DNA of 64,000 nucleotides. It comes from Cyanophora paradoxa CCMP329 (lineage: Eukaryota > Plantae > Glaucophyta). Below, piece by piece: positions 59,001 through 64,000 of the stretch. Within the stretch, counting starts at the first letter, position 1; each line of letters opens with the position of its first letter. The DNA lies in contig QPMI01000063.1 in the NCBI GenBank assembly GCA_004431415.1, positions 124,001 through 188,000 on the forward strand. The letters are read 5' to 3'. The notes below the pieces were generated by a model, which was given only the letters and a program-made list of their open reading frames with translations, did not search any database and was not told the origin of the DNA. The position numbers were made by a program, and so were the translations under genes.

Positions 59001-62000
59001 GAGCCTCACAGCAGCCGAATGGATGTGCTGGAGCTTGTCATGCTGGGAATCGCGATCGACTGCACCGAAGTGCGGACTGGCTGGGTGGCGAGGTTCTGGA
59101 TGGTGAAGCCGCTGACGGTTGCCGCGGGCGACAGGAAGGTCGTGTTGACTGCAAAGAGCTTGAATCATACAGCTTGCGTACGGATCCGGACTTTAGCTAG
59201 GAGAATTGAGCCACGTACACGTGCTCTTTTGTTGCGCTCTTATGTTTATGCTGAATGTGTAGTTGCTGCCGGCGGTGTAAAGGAATACAGAGCTCGAATT
59301 TGCGGTAAACCAGGCCGTCGATCCTGAAGTGCGAGCGGCAAGGAGCACAGGCGGCTGCACGCCGACGTCGAAGACCTGTGCATGCGGTCCCACCCCACAC
59401 GAACTTTAATATTCGGCAACTGCTTTCCTACCGCGCCGCGGCACTCGCACGCACCCATAGTCTTCCCAAACTCGAAGTGAGGAGTCTCTCGGCATTAATC
59501 TCGACAAAGTCATCCTCACCAGGCGCCTTGACCAGCCTGCGTTCAATGTTGTTGAGACGCGTGGCTCACGGACAGCAGTTCGCTATCTTGCACGTGCATG
59601 TGCATATATATACATGCACGTGACTCACCAGCCGGCCTTCTCGTTTTCCGGATAGGGGAGATTACCACCCATAGCGAATTCTATTGGTGTTGAAACGTTT
59701 CGTGTCGCAGTGAAGACGCCTTTGTCGCATATGACTGGGATTGACCATGATCGCATTTAGGATACCGTTGAGCATAATTACAATTATATAGTCTGGTTTC
59801 AATATCCCGCTCACCTCGGACATCGGCCACAAAAGCGCCAGCCGGCTCCACTTTGTAAGCATCGACGTCGTAGGACCGTGAGCCCTGATTATTGAACATC
59901 GATCGTGTCAGTCATGGTCGGACGCTTCGGAACAATGCAAAACAATTGCGTGTGCGTGCCTGGTAAAATCCGTCCGAGTGGAATACAACGAGCAGCTCGG
60001 CTCCCGGAGTTGGCATGGCCGCAAGGGGGGGGTAGGTCGTGGTGCCCCATCCAAGTCCCGATCGGGGATAGCTCGGATGGGAGGGCAGCTGCCTGGTAGA
60101 AGTTGGCGTGACCTCAAAAACCTACACGTGCACTCGCGATGTCAGGAATCGTATCGGCGCATTATAATAACCGTCCTCCACGCACAAACATGGCGTCGCA
60201 GAAGCAGAGTTCGCCATCGAGTTCGAGCCAGCGGAGGGAGAGAGTGGAGCGGGCTCCGCATCCAGACTCGGTCAACCTAGACACATTTGGCATCTTTGCG
60301 TACCTGAAAGACCACAATGAGATCAACTCGAATTGGGAAGAACAAATATACATAGCCGAACGAGCTCGCGCGATCGGGAATGTCATCGGTCGCACCAAGC
60401 TCCCATGAAGTCGCCAGAGTAATTTTTGATTCCTATTTCGGCGGGTGCTCCGATGTCTGGGTGTAAAGTACCAGATGTAAAGTTCCGAGTTTCCCGGGTT
60501 GAGGTCAGAGTCGCGGGGCTTGACGGCGTCACTGCGCACAAAATTGAAATCGAGCCATTTTTATATATTTAATTAGCTATAGCCTGGCGTGAGATCTCAT
60601 GATCAGACGCACCACTTGTCTTTGCCTTCGAACTGTACTCGGCGGTAAAATATAGCTCCGCGTTGACGTAGTTCCTCGCTTCTAACGCAGCAGAGTGGAA
60701 GTCGTCGCCGGGGTACCAGGCGAAAAGGAACAACCGGCTCGACTCGCTTGTGTACGTGGTCCCCACGACCACCGAGTCCGCGAGGAGCCTCGGCGGATTG
60801 ACGCCGTAGTCGATCAACTGTCATCGGTATCGGAAATATGAATATTAACTCATACACGACGTCCATATCTTCAGCGACTTGCATGCGTGTGCACCTTTAG
60901 GGAGTTCGCGGTCGGCTCGGAGGCGTTGAACTTGACCGATGTGAACGTGATTTGAACGCTTTCCGAGTCCGACGGGGCGTAGAAGTTCCTGAGGGGCTCG
61001 CGGCGTTAGCTGTGATGATTAATTTTTACAGAGAGGGCTGATATAAGTGGTTCGGGGACACGCCAGCCGGCCACTTCGTTGAAAGGCCCGCCGTTGTGCA
61101 CTCCCTTGATTGTCTGTGTCGTTGATGTCGCTGCCACCGCCCCCGGAAGAGTCCCGCACACCGCTGCGCGCGTTTTAATTTAGGACGAAAAGAAATCCAG
61201 AGCAAAAACTGATCGTGAGTGCGTGCTCTCACCCGAAACACTTGCGCGGAAAGCGCCGCCCGGCACCGGGTCCGCCGCATCGGCAGTTCCCTTACTGCCT
61301 TGATTCTGGTGGTTGGAGTGGAAGATGGCGACAAGCTCGGCCCCAGGTGTCGCGGTGAATGCAGGGAAATTTACGGCTGACAATCTGAGCAGCAAATAAT
61401 GAAATCATAAAAAGATTTAAGAATTAAAACCTTCGTGTCAAGCAAATTTAAAGTGAGCGCACGTAGGCTTGCCCCAGCCAACCCCAGATTTCGGGTAAGG
61501 GGTCTCGTGTGCGACAAAGCGAACGGAGCTGCTCGTAATCTCGAAAACCTAACGACAACGCGGGTCAAGCGATGCCGAAGGCGCAGATTTTGAAACGGTA
61601 GCCGACGGTCAAGAAGCACTGGTAGATCAAGTACACGCACATACATCACATCGAACCATCCGCTTGCCTGGCCATCGATCTCGAGCCACGTGTGTTTCAA
61701 GCTGCAGCTCGAGTCCTCCGCAGGCAGCGAGACGCGCCTGAAAAACATTTATAGCTTATGTGCGCGATCAAAAACGTTTTGCAATTGAAACTTGTGCACC
61801 ACGCGTGCATCTGGTAGGCGGTGTAGGGTTTCAGCGCGATGTCAACAGGTCCTCCTGGGAACGGGCTGAGAGATAACGAGTTGAATATCCGAGTCTGCCC
61901 CGAACTCGAACTCAGGGTCGCGGCGTCGGACGCAGTCGCTGCGTGCGCGCGACGCATGCGGCTCATGATCAGCGACACGAAAAGTGGGGGTTTTTAGAGT

Positions 62001-64000
62001 CCTGATCGCGGAGGGTGTGTGCGTACACCCGCTCTTGGCGATGGACTTGTATTCCGCCACGAAATCGTATGTTTTTCCACTCAAAACGTCCCAAATGAAA
62101 AGAAGGACTTTGTTAGAAGCGGACGTATACGTAGTCCCAACGACCGGCGGAGCCGCAAGAAGCCTCGGGGGGGAGACGCCAACGTCGAGCAGCTGCGAAT
62201 AGGTTTCGCAGGCTTACACATTCGCTCTTATCGCAGTTGCGCGCCACGCATGCGCAATTGCAAGCATGCGTACCTTCAGAGAGCTGTCCGTGACAGCAGC
62301 GCCTCGAATCCACTGACCGTTGAGCTTGAACTGGACGACGTCCTGCTCTGTGGGAGCGGTGATGTACCTGCACGAGCAATGTAAGGGTTACATTTGCATG
62401 CAAGAAACGAAGATAGAAAACTTGAGGTGCGAACCAGGCGGTCAAGGCGTCGTACTGACCCATCTCGAAAGTCACAGCCAACGTTTTGGTCGTCGCCGCA
62501 GCACTCAGCGTAGACGGATCGGGCGCCAGTCCCGAAGGGCATTTCGCTGTGTTCGAGAAAAGCATGCAAAGTTTACGATTAGCTGCGACGAAACCGTGCG
62601 GCCTACAGCTGCGAGTCGAAAGGCCTAATTTATAAGGCAGTCAATGTCGCACTGAAAGCGTTTGCGCTGAAGCCTCCACCAGGGGTCTGATTGTCGCCTC
62701 CAGTGCTGCCCTGGTAGCTCGGATTCGAGACAAACACGACAACGAACTCGGCTCCTTCCGCAGCGTCGACGATGGGGAATGCGCTTGTGGTGATGGTGGG
62801 CTTGCCCCACCCCACGCCAGAGAGCGGATACGCCGCCGAGCCGCCGACGATTTTCGTTGATGTGGCAGTAATCTCGAAGACCTGCATAAGGGCGGGTAAA
62901 TCGAGCAGTCGAACACGCGCATATGCGTGCACGTGCACGTGTGTGCTTGCACGTCATGATCACATGCGAATTTGAACGCACATACATCACATCGTACCAC
63001 CAGCTATCTTCACCGTCAATCTCAGTCCAGCGCCAACTGAGACTGCAGCCAGAGCTTGAAAGCTGGCTCGATCGTTTGACAGTCCTACGCAAAATACTAT
63101 CACAACGAGTTGCAGGCAGTGGTACGTATACCGATGTCGCACCAGGCCTGCAAGTGGCTTGCCGGGTACGGCTTGATCTTGACCTCTTCGTAGATCAAGT
63201 CGGGGCGCAGCTCCACCGAGGCAGAAGCGAACGTTTTGGTGTCCTTCGCTCCAAGAGTAGCATCTGGCGAGGCCGTCGCTGCGCGATTCGGAATGCGCTC
63301 GTTAAATGCATTGGCGTTCACGTATGATGATGAGCTCGAGCTTACATCCGCTCTTTGCGATTGATTTGTACTCGGCCGTGAAATCGAGCTTTCCCGTATC
63401 CCCACGCGCGGCATAGCCTGCATTGTTGTCGCCGTGCTTGTGCAAGAACACGAAGAGCCTGTTCGAGGCCGTTGTGTATGTTGTCCCGACGACCGGCGGG
63501 GCCGCGAGGAGCCTCGGGGGGGAGACGCCGATGTCGAGAAGCTGCTCGAGCGGATCGGGATTGTGCATGTACAGAGATTGCGCCTGCGGCGGGCTACCTT
63601 GATGGCATTGTCATTGACGGTCGTTCCGTCGATGGCGGTCCCAGTGACCTTGAACTGGATCACGTCCTGCTCAGTGGGAGCGGTGACGTACCTGATGCGA
63701 ATTTGCATGAGCGTTAAATATTTGAGGCAAACTTCAATCTAGTGCTCGGATGCTAGTTAGCTTGAGTGATTGCGATTGCGCGCGAGCACCAGCCCATGAT
63801 CTGCACAGCAAAACAAAAGTCAAAAAAATGTCTAAAATACACAAACATTACATATATAAAAAGCGGCCGTCTCGCCTCGTCGTTGTAGTTGGCCTCGTAG
63901 AAGGCGGTCATGGTTTTGGTCGTTGAAGTAGCATTCAGAGTGCTTGGTACGGCCGGAATCTGAGGGCACTTGGCTGCGCGAGTGCCGGCTCATAATCAGG
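56061..64000 (-). CDS. Surface protein paralog B (5' end at or beyond the window edge): multiple CUB-like pairs, Pro/Ser/Thr linker, REJ-type module, GAIN/GPS, GPI-like signal
   Basis: Repeated D(V/I/Y)GV.PPRLLA..VVGTTYT..S.RLF..F.AEY.S.AK (~60620-60815, ~62030-62190, ~63350-63545). Linker TPTPSPSPSPSPS (58300-58505). REJ PPSGGTCTASP..VQVSCSGWVGSTLPLSF. GPS KWTTCS..YTATCDHLTP/FTLI. Tail VPYWPSASVQLVPSVVAAVLGAVVAAFVALRGAR*. Confidence 0.8.

Overview
Intron-rich, high-GC eukaryotic nuclear DNA with mostly 50-100 nt introns, so the raw ORF track is fragmented and largely spurious. I reconstructed gene models by eye from GT/GC-AG sites and protein motifs. Two proteins carry plastid-type presequences with Phe at position 4 (MLAF..., MASF...), which suggests a glaucophyte such as Cyanophora (inference only). 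Genes, left to right: (1) a giant secreted LamG/FN3/Cys-rich-repeat protein (-); (2) a TmcB/TmcC(FXL)-like polytopic membrane protein with no visible PAS domain (-), head-to-head with (3) a complete 7-TM microbial rhodopsin carrying a non-canonical DSN motif, His at Lys+3 and a long disordered tail (+); (4) a 4-TM protein (+); (5) a bacterial-type CoA-disulfide reductase-rhodanese fusion with a plastid transit peptide (+); (6) a small TGD5-like Gly-rich protein (-); (7) a DYRK-family kinase with DWG and a 4-nt micro-exon (+); (8) a cyanobacterial-type plastid RNase II/RNB (-); (9) an unknown protein built of three repeats (+); (10, 11) two tandem paralogous surface proteins with CUB(n)-Pro/Ser linker-REJ-GAIN/GPS architecture that end in a GPI-like signal rather than a 7-TM or polycystin channel domain (-). 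Intergenic islands hold TA-flanked MITEs, hAT-type MITEs, a dispersed hairpin repeat and palindrome-dense scrambled DNA. I found no rRNA, tRNA or CRISPR features.
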